Assembly (NCBI RefSeq): GCF_011745625.1
Contig: NW_027191471.1
Location: 124,001 to 188,000, forward strand
Length of the DNA stretch: 64,000 nt
DNA from: Cladosporium halotolerans
Lineage: Eukaryota
Direction: 5' to 3'
A model generated the notes under the pieces. It was not told the DNA's origin. It saw only the letters and a program-made list of their open reading frames with translations, and made no database searches. Position 1 is the stretch's first letter, and the number at the start of each line of letters is the position of its first letter. This document shows, one piece after another, positions 12,641-24,768 of this stretch. The translations under genes and the position numbers were made by a program.

Positions 12641-13420
12641 TCAACATCGACGTCCGTCTAGGACCGAACACCACATCCCCGTCGGAACCCTCATGGCAGA
12701 GAGATATCCGCAAAGATGAACTCTACGCATGTCGTAGCCCCTGCAATCACCTCCAGCGAGACCGCACTTCTTTGACAGAAAATTAGTGTGATGGTCTAGC
12801 AATCCCGCAAACGTCTTCGAAGCGTCCACCAGAGTCAGCCTCTCTACATCACAAGTTCTAGTTTGCAGACTTTCGACGAAGCGCTGTGTTGACATAATCT
12901 GACGACAACGATCGGCGTTGATTGAGGCGTCGTATCCAGTCAAGAATTGCAAAACAGTATAATCGCAAGTCTCACCAGTCGGCCTCGTAACAGCCCGAGA
13001 GACAAACAATCTACCGCTACCTTCGCGCGTGAAAGACGTCTCGTCTTCCAGTGAAGTCCACGTTTTGTCGCTGAAACCCCATCATGCGGTCCAGTGCTTG
13101 ACAGACAAGGAACGGACATTCTATGCATGAGGACCCAGAGCTTCGCACCACGATAGATAGCCGCGTCTGGCTTGCTTTTTGCGGAACTCGAAGGTGAATG
13201 TACTAGAGCGGAGGAAGTGCGGGAGAAGGTTATAGATCTCGTGGCTGATTGTTGGGATCGTCTGGACCACCGGGACGTGATCCAACGGGCGTCAGAGTGG
13301 ATGGGATAGCTGCAATACTCGGAGGCAGGATCGGCTCGTAGTGAACAAGGATGTATTCGTAGACGGTTTTACGGACTGCAGCAGGCGGCGCGAGGAAGTG
13401 TGACTCTGTATGTGTGATTC
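12641..13420 (-). pseudogene. Degraded F-box-like / 'LPxExRNxIYEY'-type gene
   Basis: Minus-strand reading SHFLAPPAAVRKTVYEYILVHYEPI, a frameshift near 13280, then VVQTIPTISHEIYNLLPHFLRSSTFTF..YLSWCEALGPHA*NVRSLSVKHWTA*WG, continuing in frame into the 12641-13009 ORF. In-frame stops are at 13121-13123 and 13082-13084. Confidence 0.6.
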
Positions 13421-14920
13421 GGTATCGTCTGTCCTGATTGGTGAGGACGACGTCGATTCTACCTTGGAACCTGCCCTGCAATCTCGCCTGCAAGGCTCTC
13501 CTGGGATCTCTGCATCGCGCCAAAGATTCGCCTCATGTGTTGTAGTGGCTTTGCATGGTTTGTGATATTATGCACGATGTGCGATCCGTCATAGAGCAGT
13601 AGCCCCAGAACCCGCACCCAAAGATGCCATCGGGAATTGTGAGACGAAAGTGAACATATTTGGTTCACCAAGTCGCACCGCCGCATTCTAGATTTTCTTT
13701 TGGCTTGTACGCCCATCACGCGAACGGCTGTTTTGCGTGATTAGTGCTTCAGGTATATGAGCTTACCTATCGACCTCAATCGTTAGAACCACATTCGGCC
13801 AACGTCGGTCCAGATGAATTGAACCCATCGCACATTCTGCGGCGCAGCACACTTGAGTCTTACAACCTAGGCTCGACAAGCGACATATGACAGGTTCGCG
13901 TTACATTCGTGCGCTCTCTCTCCGAAGGCAGACCGGACGGACGACGTGGCCCGGAAAGGGACATCGCACAAGAGCCATGCTGGGTAGCCACGGTAGCCTC
14001 GACCGGCGGAGGTAGCGTGTGCGATCCTTGCACGGCACCGCTGTCCGTCCCCATGCACCCGCCGCTCCCTACCAAGGACGAGGTGAGGTTGGCGGACGAA
14101 GCGAGGACGACGCGGCGCAACGTCGTCCGCGTGCGACGATGGCTGCATTAAGCTCCTTCCAGAAGAACATGTGCTACGCGGTGTGTTCCTGCGTCCGATG
14201 CGTGTAAGACGCGGGTGCCGGCGAGGACGCATGGTGGCGGCGTGTCGACATCAGGCGCCGCCTGTCGTGTGCGACGGCGGCCTCGCTGGTGTACTTTCAC
14301 GTGCGGCGGACAGGGAGAGTGGCCGGCGGGCGCAAGGTGATGGCAGGGGCGGCGGCGGCGCAGCGGCGGCGTGGGCGGGCAATTAGGGGCACCCTCCGGC
14401 CGCTGGTGGTGGGCGTGCAGCCGTCGAGCCCGTCGAGCCCGTCTCAGAGTTCGGTCTGGTCCCTGACCCTGGCCCTTGCATCTGGTGGGCATTGTGGGGA
14501 GGGCGCTTTTTGCCCGTGAAACAGAGGTGCCGCGGTGAGGCGAGCCATGCCGCACCCTATTATACCGCTGCTGTCAGGAGCTGCCGCGAAGGGCGATCGA
14601 TCGTTCGTCTGCCAGCGCCGAGTGTCTTTCTCTTGTTTCGCCCTCACACACCCCACGGCTGCCTCAGGACGTCCAATGCGCTGAGCCCGTCTCCGCCAAA
14701 GCGAAGCTGGCAGGAACGACCAAGCGACCACCGAGCACCCACCTTCCCCGACACCGACTATCGCGCCGCAACCCGACTTCACCTCACCTGGGCTCCCGAC
14801 CCACCAGCCCAGTCGATTGCAGCGCTCCTACCTCCAAGCCACCCCCCTCTTGTCCCACCGTGCGACGAGGGTCCTCCTGATCCTACCCACCACGACCGCC
14901 CCTCTCCGCTCTCCTCCTTG

Positions 14921-14982
14921 GTATGTTGACGTTTGATGCGTGCCTCGCAACACCGAGCACCGAGCTAACACCACCACTGCAG
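14921..14982 (+). promoter_or_regulatory. Probable 5'-UTR intron of the COT1 gene
   Basis: GTATGT donor, GCTAAC branch point and CTGCAG acceptor 20 nt before ATG 15003. An upstream in-frame TGA at 14878-14880 rules out an N-terminal extension. Confidence 0.7.
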
Positions 14983-15002
14983 GAGGCAGTACACCACCCA
15001 TC

Positions 15003-17154
15003 ATGGCGTACAACAACCAGCAGCAGGACAACCGCAACCCTAACCGCCTGCAACTCAACTTCGGCTTCCAGAACAACCCTCAGACCTTCTCGTCCGAGCA
15101 GGCTCGTGCCTACCCGACCACGCCCTCGACTTTCCCTCAGCCCTTCCCAAATGCCGCCGGTCAGCAAGAGGTTTGGGGCACGCAAACGCCGCAGCAGGGA
15201 TTGAACCCGCAAGGATACTTCAACAACTTCAACCCGTACGGCTCTCAGCTCCAGCAGGGCCAAGGCCAGGGCCAGGTGCAGACTCCCGGTGGTCCTTCTC
15301 CGGCACCCAACACATACCGTTCGCCGCCTGCCCAAGGCTTCAACGAGGTCACCAATGGCTTTGCCCAGCAGATGAACCTCGGCGGAAACTCTCCCCGCGC
15401 TGCCAGCCCGTACAACAGGAATGCGTCGCCAGCAAACGCCTCACGCCCACGCACTGCAGGGAACGGCACCCAGCCCTACGGCTCCTACCTCAGTGCTCCC
15501 GTTCCCGGTGCTCCTCAGCAACCGAGCATCTACGATGATCAGGCGCCGCCGAAGAACCCCGAGAAATACTCCGCTGCGCTCACTGAACGCGCGCGTCACC
15601 AGAAGATGTTGACTGGCGAGTTCTTCAAGGAGAACGTGGAGCGTGCTAAGACTCGCAACGAGAGGTGGGTTCATCTTACGCCCCGTAAAGACCGGCTGTA
15701 AAGCTTATCATTCGCAGAGCGCAAGAACTTGTCCGTATTCAGGCCAGCAATGAGCTGTCTGATGCTCGCAAAGAGCAGAAGAAGAACAATGCACAGAAGC
15801 AGGAGGCAAACTTCCTTCGCTTCCTCAGAACCACCGAGAGGCCTCAGAACTACAGTACCTTGAAGATCATTGGCAAGGGTGCCTTTGGTGAGGTCAAGCT
15901 CGTGCAAAGAAAGCGTGATTCGAAGATCTACGCTCTCAAGTCCCTGGTCAAATCTGAAATGGTATGATCGATTGTGAAGGAGTCTTCGATTTTCGTGGCT
16001 GACACCAGACACAGCACAAGAAAGATCAACTCGCTCACGTCCGTGCTGAGCGCGACATTCTCGCGAACGCAGAGAGCCCGTGGCTTGTCAAGCTGCACAC
16101 GTCCTTCCAGGACTCAACATTCCTCTACATGCTTATGGAGTTCTTGCCTGGTGGTGACTTGATGACCATGCTCATCAAGTACGAAATCTTTAGTGAAGAC
16201 ATCACACGGTTCTACATGGCAGAGATTGTCTTGGCCATTGAGGCTGTGCACAAATTGGGCTTCATTCATCGGTAGGTCAACACTCGATTAGACATCTTCT
16301 GGCAAAGCTAACAATGATGCAGCGACATCAAGCCAGACAACATTCTCCTGGACAGAGGTGGACACATCAAGCTCACAGATTTCGGTCTCTCCACTGGCTT
16401 CTCGAAAGAGCATACCGCATCGTATTACCAACAGCTCATGTCTTCTGCTCGCTCGAAATCGATCAACCAGAATCGTAACTCGGTCAGCATCGATCAGATT
16501 CAATTGACGGTATCGAATCGCAACCAGATCAACACCTGGCGCAAGTCTCGCAGGCAGCTGGCTTACTCTACTGTTGGTACCCCTGATTACATCGCCCCCG
16601 AGATCTTCAGTGGCAAGGGTTACGACAAGGGCTGTGACTGGTGGAGTGTGGGCACTATCATGTTCGAGTGCCTCATCGGCTGGCCACCTTTCTGTGCTGA
16701 GGAGCCCCACGACACCTACCGCAAGATCGTCGATTGGCCGAGATACCTCACCTTCCCTCCGGATCAGCAGCTGAGTCCCGAGTCGGAGCACTTCATTAGA
16801 GGGTAAGTTGGAGCGACTGGAAATCAAGTCTTGTCTGCTAACGATTGCGACAGTCTCATCTGCGACCCTCAGAACAGACTTGGCCACATGCGTGGTGCCG
16901 CAGAGCTCAAGGAGCACCCGTTCTTCAGCGGTGTTAATTGGGATGGCCTGCGCAAGATCAGAGCACCGTTCGAGCCCAAGCTCTCCAGCAGCATCGATAC
17001 TCAGTACTTCCCCATCGATGAGATTCCGCAGGTCGACACCTCCGCGCAGATGCGCGCTCAGACTGAGGCTGCAGGCCAGGCCGACGACCCCAACCTCAGC
17101 TTGCCTTTCATTGGCTACACGTTCAAGCGTTTCGATGCATTCCGCAACAACTAA
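15003..17154 (+). CDS. cot-1: NDR-family Ser/Thr kinase Cot1/Cbk1/Orb6; exons 15003-15664, 15718-15961, 16015-16271, 16323-16802, 16854-17154
   Basis: Q/N-rich N-terminus, MOB-binding segment (EANFLRFLR), [31 protein letters not shown], activation loop [14 protein letters not shown] and hydrophobic motif FIGYTF. Four canonical introns. Confidence 0.95.
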
Positions 17155-17869
17155 ACCAAGTTTGTCATCGTGGATATGACCGGCCAGGCCACGAGACACC
17201 TTTCGGCTTCTTCTCCAGGCGTTTGGTAGCATTGCGTCGCCCGAGATGCATCGCGTCACAGCAAGCTTTCGTCTTTGTTTAAGGTAAGAATGTGCTTTTC
17301 CAGAGTTGTTTGAGCGGACAAGGGCGAACGCGGGCATTCCAATTGGCAGATCAGGATACGCAGCGGACGTGCTGCAAGGCAGCGAAGCAGACGAGCAGAC
17401 TGGCACATGGCATGCCGTGCTCAGTGGGCGATACGATGGATTGGTCTCCTTCCGCTGCTGCTGCAGTCGGATGTATTGTTGCATGCACGCATGAAGACGA
17501 GAAGGGAAACCGAAAACGAGATTACCATTGCCACGCCGCAGACGTGGTCAGCACATGAAACGGAAGGCGAGCAGCTAGTTCTGCACGCCACGCATCAAAT
17601 CGATTTGTTTTCAGACAGAGTAACTCCTTCCTGCGCCTTGCTTTTTTCGGTGAATATTCCCAGTCCAGTTTCGTGCTTCCTTTGACCATTCGTTCTCCAT
17701 TCGGTATGCCTATCCTCGCCGGCCCGCTGGTCCCCGCCCTGGTGTGTCGCGAAATCTGCGATATCTTCCCACTCCAATACCCAGGATGATATTTCTTCTG
17801 GCAGATACCGCACCGACTCGCTCGTACTCTCTCACTCCCCATCGGCGAAGTCCTTCCTCCGAAATGAAA

Positions 17870-18209
17870 TCATCGCGCCTCAAACTGAATCATCCTATCA
17901 AATCGCCGTCAGCTTCAGCCCTCTCACTCCCTCCAAAAACTCCTCCCTCCCAAGCCGCAAAACTCCAAAGACTCACCTATTCGTCCTCTCCTTATACAGC
18001 ACACGGTACCCGCACTCCTTGCAGCGGATCGGGTCGCCGCGCTTCAGCGTGACCTTGTTGTCGCAGTCGCCGCACAGGTAGTGCACCGGGCGCGCCGTGT
18101 CTTCGAACCCGCTGCCGCTCGCCTGGAAGCCCGTGTTGCTCGCGCCCGTCGTGCCGCCGAAGTTCGTGCCCGCCGACGTGCTGGGGGGTTGGTATTGTTC
18201 GCGCGACAT
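17870..18209 (-). CDS. RPB12: RNA polymerase I/II/III shared subunit Rpb12 (RPC10); intron 17895-17976
   Basis: YLCGDC..IRCKECGYRVLYKERT zinc ribbon. The GTGAGT..GCTGAC..TAG intron gives the canonical RMIQFEAR* end. Confidence 0.96.
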
Positions 18210-18602
18210 GCTGGGCTGGGGTCGTGTGTTGTAGAGGTTGCAAAGGCTGTGGTGGTGGAGTACCGGTATGGCAAGGCGGTGGGACGAACTTCTTGCGCAG
18301 AGCTGGCTGGCTTGCGGTCGGTCGGGTCGGTCGATCACGAGGGCACGTGAAAGCCGCCGCCGCCGCCGCCGCCTCCGCCTTGCGAGAAAGGCTTTCCAGG
18401 AAGAAAGGCTCGGTCCGGCGCTCGGCGCGCGCAGACGCCGACATCGCGTGGCGAGGGTCCAAAGTCCCGCGCTTGATGACCAAACGCGATAAAATCATTG
18501 CCCCACCGCCGATAAGTGAAGGCTGCTTGGTAGACTTGCTTCTTTGCCTTCCGCTCCCATGTGTTCTTGCAGAGGCGACGAAATCTCGCGACGACTCACA
18601 GG

Positions 18603-20432
18603 ATGTCGGCGATTCTCTCCGCAGACGACCTGAACGACTTCATCTCCCCCGGCGTCGCGTGCATCAAGCCCGTCGAGACGCTGCCGAAGCAGCAGCCGGA
18701 GGAAGATCGCGCGAACGAGTATGAAGTTACGACTGAAGAGAAGGTGACGCAGGAAAACCCGCCGCCGGCGCAGATCTCTTTGACGGATTGCCTGGCTTGT
18801 TCGGGGTGCGTGACGAGCGCAGAGGCGGTTCTCGTTAGTCTTCAGAGTCACAGCGAGGTGTTGGATACTTTGGACAAGTACAGGGAATACAGAGCGCCGT
18901 GGCTAGGCAGCGAGACGCAAAATGGGGCGGTAGAAGGGAATGGAGACGCTGCAGACGAGAGGATATTCGTCGCGACGGTGTCGCCGCAGAGCAGAGCGAG
19001 CCTTGCGGCGACGTACAATATCTCGGAGCGCGAGGCTGGGCTGCTCATCTCGCAGCTGTTGAGTGGACCGTATGGACTGAGAGCTGGTGGAAAGCATGGC
19101 TCTGGCTTCACTTGGATTCTGGATACGAATGCTTTGAGAGAGGCTTGCCTCGTCGCTTCGGCTGAAGAGGTCCAGCAATCGCTCGACAACCCGGCTGAGG
19201 GACAGAAGAAGCCGGTGCTAAACTCGACCTGCCCTGGTTGGGTCTGCTACGCCGAGAAGACACACCCGCATATCTTGCCTCATCTGAGCAAGCTCAAGTC
19301 CCCTCAGGCACTCGCAGGTACGCTCATCAAGTCCGTCCTGGCACGCAAGTTCGGCGTGCCCCCAGAGAAAGTATGGCATCTTGCCGTCATGCCCTGCTTC
19401 GACAAGAAGCTCGAAGCATCCCGCCAGGAACTCACCTCTCACACCTGGCACGGGCAAGAAGGCGACGCCATCCGCGACGTAGACTGCGTCATCACCGCGC
19501 GTGAGCTCCTCATGCTAGCCGAAAGCCGCAACATCAGCTTCCCCTGCCTGCCCAAGCAACGCCTCAGCAAACAATTCACCCCCTCCTTCCCAGACGCAAG
19601 CATCAACCGCTTCCTCTTCGCCCGCCAGCGCGGCCAAAAGCGCCCCCACGCCCACAGCAGCGACGCCCTCGACCCCGCCGCCATCGGCTCCAGCGGCGGC
19701 TACCTGCACCACGTCCTGCGCACGCAGCAGGCCCGCGCCCCAGGCTCCGCCATCAGAGTCCACCGCGGCCGCAACGCCGACGTCGCGGACTACTCCGTCG
19801 TGGGAGCCGACGGCGCCGAGCTCTTCCGCGCCGCTCGCTACTACGGCTTCCGCAACATCCAGAACCTCGTGCGCCGCCTCAAGCCCGCGAAGCAGAGCCG
19901 CATGCCCGGCGCGACGCGCAGGCCGATGGGGGGCGCGGCGCGGAGGCCTGGGGCTGCGAGCGCGGGAGCGGGCGGCGAGGGGGAGTACGCGTACGTCGAG
20001 GTCATGGCGTGCCCGGGCGGGTGCACGAACGGAGGCGGGCAGGTGAAGATTGGGGATGTGTTGACGCTGAGGCAGGTGGGGGGGACGGGGATTGAGAACG
20101 GGAGCGCGGAGCAGGAGGTTCTGCCGGCGCAGAAGGAGTGGTTGGCGAGGGTTGATGAGGCGTATTGGAGTGCGGAGTCGGAGGATTTGGAGGCTGATGG
20201 GGAGGGGGATGTTGAGATGGGTGGGGGTGGAGATGAAGGAGATGTGGTTGACGGGGTCGATAGGAGGGCGATTAGGGATTTGTTCGAGCATTGGTCGGGC
20301 ACGACGGGGGTGGAGTTGGGGAAGCTGTTGTATACCACTTTCCGGGCGGTGGAGAGCGATGTGGGCAAGACGAAGAGCAGTGATACGGAGAGGGTTGCTG
20401 GGCTAGCGGTCCAGGTTGGTGGTGGATGGTAG
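18603..20432 (+). CDS. NAR1: Cytosolic Fe-S assembly factor Nar1 (Fe-hydrogenase-like)
   Basis: [58 protein letters not shown] and [15 protein letters not shown], with a C-terminal Trp. Intronless. Confidence 0.96.
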   Translation: MSAILSADDLNDFISPGVACIKPVETLPKQQPEEDRANEYEVTTEEKVTQENPPPAQISLTDCLACSGCVTSAEAVLVSLQSHSEVLDTLDKYREYRAPWLGSETQNGAVEGNGDAADERIFVATVSPQSRASLAATYNISEREAGLLISQLLSGPYGLRAGGKHGSGFTWILDTNALREACLVASAEEVQQSLDNPAEGQKKPVLNSTCPGWVCYAEKTHPHILPHLSKLKSPQALAGTLIKSVLARKFGVPPEKVWHLAVMPCFDKKLEASRQELTSHTWHGQEGDAIRDVDCVITARELLMLAESRNISFPCLPKQRLSKQFTPSFPDASINRFLFARQRGQKRPHAHSSDALDPAAIGSSGGYLHHVLRTQQARAPGSAIRVHRGRNADVADYSVVGADGAELFRAARYYGFRNIQNLVRRLKPAKQSRMPGATRRPMGGAARRPGAASAGAGGEGEYAYVEVMACPGGCTNGGGQVKIGDVLTLRQVGGTGIENGSAEQEVLPAQKEWLARVDEAYWSAESEDLEADGEGDVEMGGGGDEGDVVDGVDRRAIRDLFEHWSGTTGVELGKLLYTTFRAVESDVGKTKSSDTERVAGLAVQVGGGW

Positions 20433-23400
20433 GGTTGTTGCATTGCATTGGTTGGATGGCGATTAGCCAAGGGATCTTGATCAGGATTTATAGGAGCATC
20501 GCATTTCGAGGATTGCATTCTAGCGCGAACGAATATTTATATGATTTACGATAAGCTCTTACAAGATCCAGGACCCCATACGGTTCAATCGATGACCCTC
20601 GCTATGGTGATATATTCAAGTAGACGATTGCTCCCTTTTCAGCAGCATGCGTCTCATGGGAAACACAAACTGAGCAGACGTCTCAAGCCTATACTTGTGC
20701 CGCCCATCATGACGTTCTGCCTTCAAATCGACTGAAATGAACTGCTGATGTTCATGTGATCGATCAATACTATAAGGGCATCGCGTAACAACCTTGATCC
20801 GCCCATCAATGTAGAAGTAGCGGTGCTCCGGCGCAGCAACAAACGATGAGACACTGGAACGAACAGCGCTTGCGTGCCTACACAATCATGGGGCTCAATG
20901 AACATCACGAACGAACCTCTGAATCGAACACGAAAGAACAACAAACCCGTCCAGCGTCGAGTCAAGGTCTCTCACACCGCATTCTCTGGATTAAGCGATC
21001 ATATGACCACCAACCTCAACCTCCACCTCCACCTCAACACGACCACGCACCACTCACCTCTCAACTCAACGCGCCCAACTTCCGCTCCCACAGACCATAC
21101 AGCAGTAGGTAGCACCTCGCCCAGACTCCCCTCGCACACCGTCCAGGCCAGGGTCCCACGTGCTCCCCGATCTCCGAACGCCGCACCAAACCCACCTTAC
21201 CTAACAACGTAGACCGCCAGCCAAACTACCCATGCATGGCACGCACACCGACCGACTCGCGCTCAATCCCGACTCACCGCGCCCACCGCTCCGCGGCCGC
21301 CAGCCAGCCAGCCAGCCAGCCCGCCCGTCCAACGAAACGAAGCCACGGCCCTAGCAGTAGCAACACCGCTCTCAGCAGCGGCAGGCGGGCAGGCACGCGC
21401 GCGCGCGACCTCGCCCAAGCGCTGGTGCGGCGTTGCTCCGCGCCGCACGCACGGGCGGGCAGTGGGATGGGATGGGATGGGGTGGGAAGAGCGGTATACA
21501 CACACGGTACAGCCGACCAGGACGCGCAGGAACCGCGGCCGAGGCAGCACGACAGTCGCTCGCGGAGCACGGGGGAGACAGGGCGTTTCCTCGGCGCGGT
21601 GGGAGTCTGTGTAGTGTGTACTGTACGACGCAGGGCAAAGTTGCTACTCGCTAGCTTGTGGGGAGAGGAGGGTGGTTGCTGAGGAGAGCAGAGCGGAGCG
21701 GAGCGGAAGCGGGTGTGGCGAGTGATGGGCGGGATGGGATCGACTATTACAGTAGTAACAGTAGTCAGTCAGGCCGCAGGTCACGCGCAGGCTGCGAGCG
21801 AGCGCGCGGGGAGGAGGGCCGGAGGTCGTCGACGGTTGGAGGCTGGCTCGGTGGACGACGATTAGGTGGCCTCTTTGGGGCCTGGCGTGTGCGGTGCTAC
21901 CGTGTAGTGGCCGTGAAGGGCGGCCGTTGAGGAGGTGCTAGCTAGTATAGCACGCTTGCTACGCATACCGCGTAGTGTGAAGAAGGCTGAGGAGAGCGGT
22001 CTGAAGGGCCTGGCGGGCCTGACGGGCGTGGCACGGTCCTGCGTTGAGCGCCTGCGGATGCGGGCGGCGTGTGGGATGGGGATTTGCGCAGGCTAGACAG
22101 GCTGTTTCTTGGGGAACGGACGGAGGAGTTTGCGCGCGCGGTTTATTCGGGCGCGCGGGTTGCTTCCTCGCCTTTGATGGAAATTTTCCTCTCGCCTGTT
22201 ACCGGTCCATGGCGGTCTGGTATAGTGCCGGTTCATGGCGGGTCAGAACGGCGGGGTTTCGCGCCTTCTGACCGCGCTCTCGCCGCGGGTGGGATGGCGA
22301 CTAGGACTACTGTAAACGAGGCGTGAAGACGGTGAAGAGCCACCGCTGTCGACGGACCTGACCAGGCCCAGCGACGGTCGTCGAAGCGAGGTCTGCGACC
22401 GCCAACGGGCGGCACCCGGCAGAGCGGGTTTTCCGCGCGCGCGCGTGTGGACTGGCTTTGGGATGACAGGCGTGAACGATGGTACGCAACAGTCGAAGAT
22501 CTGGCTCGGGAGGGCGGATCGCGACGGACGGAATCTTGGGACGTGACCCTCTCTGATGAGAGCGAAGACGCGGCCCTGGGATTGGAATTGGCTCTCGTCG
22601 CCTCGCGCGAACGCGTGCGTGGTCGACACACAGACTGCGACGACCACTGCGTCGGGTATGGCAGCCCAATGCTGACGCCTCTCGCCCTTGCGCAGCGGCG
22701 GCCCTGATCGACCTACACGCGCGGTCGTCACGCAGCCATCGTTCTCCCTTGAACCTTGACGACGAGCCCTCCAGGAGCCTTCCGTTCGGCGCGGCAATCG
22801 GCAGGGTCTCTTTCTTGCCTGAAGTCATGGACTCGTGCGTGTGTGCCTGCCTGTGCGGGCTAGACCTGGGCGCAGTGGTCAGTCTGCGACGGCGGGTTGG
22901 AGAGGGCAACTATCACCGCTGAGTCGTCGGCTGCGGGCGCTGGGCGCGATGAGTCGTGGCGAGCGCCGCTGGCCTGCCCTGACTTGCGGCGCCCGCGGAT
23001 CTGAGACGGCGCGCGAAGCGCACGCGCGTGTCGTCTCTTCGCTGGCGGGCGCCGCTGGGCTGATGAGCGTTGGAAGTCGTACTGCTGTGGCGACCGACCG
23101 ACGGCGGCAGGGCGAGAGAGATACGGGGCGACGAGCGCGGAGTTGGACGCCGCCTGCGTCTGCGCTGGCGATGCGGCGGTGGATGGGCTAACGGACGGTA
23201 TCTCACTGCCGCCCGCCCTCGTGATCAATAATATTCCGGCAGGCGAGTCTGGATCTTGGTTCGGGACTGCAGCTCCAACGCGCCGCGCCAGCTTCTCCTG
23301 CGCGTGGCCACTGACGACACAACATGACTCTACATACAACCACGACCACGCGCGCTTCCAAATAATCGCCCTCTACGGACTGTGCAGAATGCCGATCAGG

Positions 23401-24721
23401 GTCGACGGCCATGAATCGAAAAGACAGCCATGGCGCCACGGCGCGCGCGCACGTCTTGCGCGCCGCGACAAACGCTCCAAGGGCACACGCTGTTGCGGCG
23501 TGCCGCACGCTCTGCCGTCCTCTCCAGACATCCGCACGGCGGTGCAGTAGTCGGGTCAGTAGCACCTGAGCCCAAGCCGATCTGCTGTGCAGAAGGTTCA
23601 GCGTGGGAGGCAACGGCGCGCCGCTAGCGAGCCTCCGGATGCGCCTCCCCGGGGACCCGCTGGGCGGAGAGGGAAAAAAATGTGTTGGTTTCAGAAGGGC
23701 TCGCGCTGCGGGTGCGAGTGGCTGGGAGCCTGGGAAGGGCAGAGGAGGGACTCCGGGAGGGGTGTTTAGACTTCCTGGAGCGGAAGTTACGGTGAATGCG
23801 GTATGCATGCGGCGCGGTGCGATTTCGTGATAGGCTGCGTCGGTGAGCCTGCTGCGTGGTGCGTTGTTTTGGTTGGATGCGCCGAGTTATCTGCGCGTTC
23901 GGATAAGTGCGCATGCATGCACGAGTATCCGATCTTGGGCTCTGATGACGGTTGCGGGTATAGGTTGGGAAGCGTGGTGCTGATATAAGACGGTGGAGTG
24001 CGCTGCTGGCGGGATGGAGGTCATGTGATGAGACAGACCTGCCTGCTTTGAGAGGGGCGGTGCATACGGGAGAAGCGCGAGAGACGCATCACGCCGGCGC
24101 CAGACAGGATGTTATCACTACGATCAAGGAAGGCTGTTGTCGCATGGCAGTCAATAATTGTCAGCACACCTTCAGCAGTACGAGCGCGCCGGCAAAATTG
24201 ATAGTCAGGCACAAAAGCTAGACAGGCACACAGAGGGCGGGCTAAGGCATGCAGGCATCCAGTCCTGGCTTGGCTTCAGGGGCGCCTGCACTGCGATCGG
24301 CCGGCCGGTGTGGTGCCGTCACGGGCGTCACCACTCGCTGCGTGTGCACGTCGATGGCCGGGCTGTTCGATGTGGTGTGACCAACTTCGTGATGATCGCA
24401 GGCATCGCTTATGGCATTCTCATCTCGCTGACGGCGACGATGACGCTTGCCCTCGCGCACGTGACACGTCGCCGTCAATCATCTGTCAGCGCGCGCTTTT
24501 ATCTGGGCGTGAGATGAGCTGCGGCGGGGCATGCGAGGCTGCGAGGCTGCGACACGTTGGTGATACGAAACGCGTGGGATCAGGGTGCTCAGGGCGTCCG
24601 GGCTGTCAAGTGGCAATCATTTCGTGACACGCGAAAAGGGGCGCACGAGCGCTGCGATCTGTCCGCCCGGCCGTGTGCCCGTCCGCGACTCCACGCCGTC
24701 CGCGGCTGTCGACGTGGTGCT

Positions 24722-24768
24722 GCCAGCCTGCCAGCCTGCCACCCGCCAGCCTGCCACCCGCCAGCCTG
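24722..24768. repeat. Short tandem repeat GCCAGCCTGCCACCC (about 2.5 copies plus a partial unit) in the long IME2 upstream region
   Basis: Read directly. Neighbouring microsatellites are (GCCA)n near 21299, (GGGAT)n near 21464 and (CAAT)n near 25307. Confidence 0.7.

Noticed and set aside
949..20432. RLI1 (Fe-S client) and NAR1 (Fe-S assembly factor) in the same window
   Set aside because: They are 15 kb apart with several unrelated genes between them, so proximity alone does not support a cluster.
22553..22575. CTGATGA hammerhead-like cores (also near 23061, 32306, 38625)
   Set aside because: None is followed by a stem II plus GAAA with compatible flanking helices.
23903..23963. ATAAGT..CTGAT..TAG resembling the 3'-processing intron of filamentous-fungal telomerase RNA
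   Set aside because: I found no CTAACCC-type template upstream on the same strand within the intergenic region, and a hexamer match is expected by chance.
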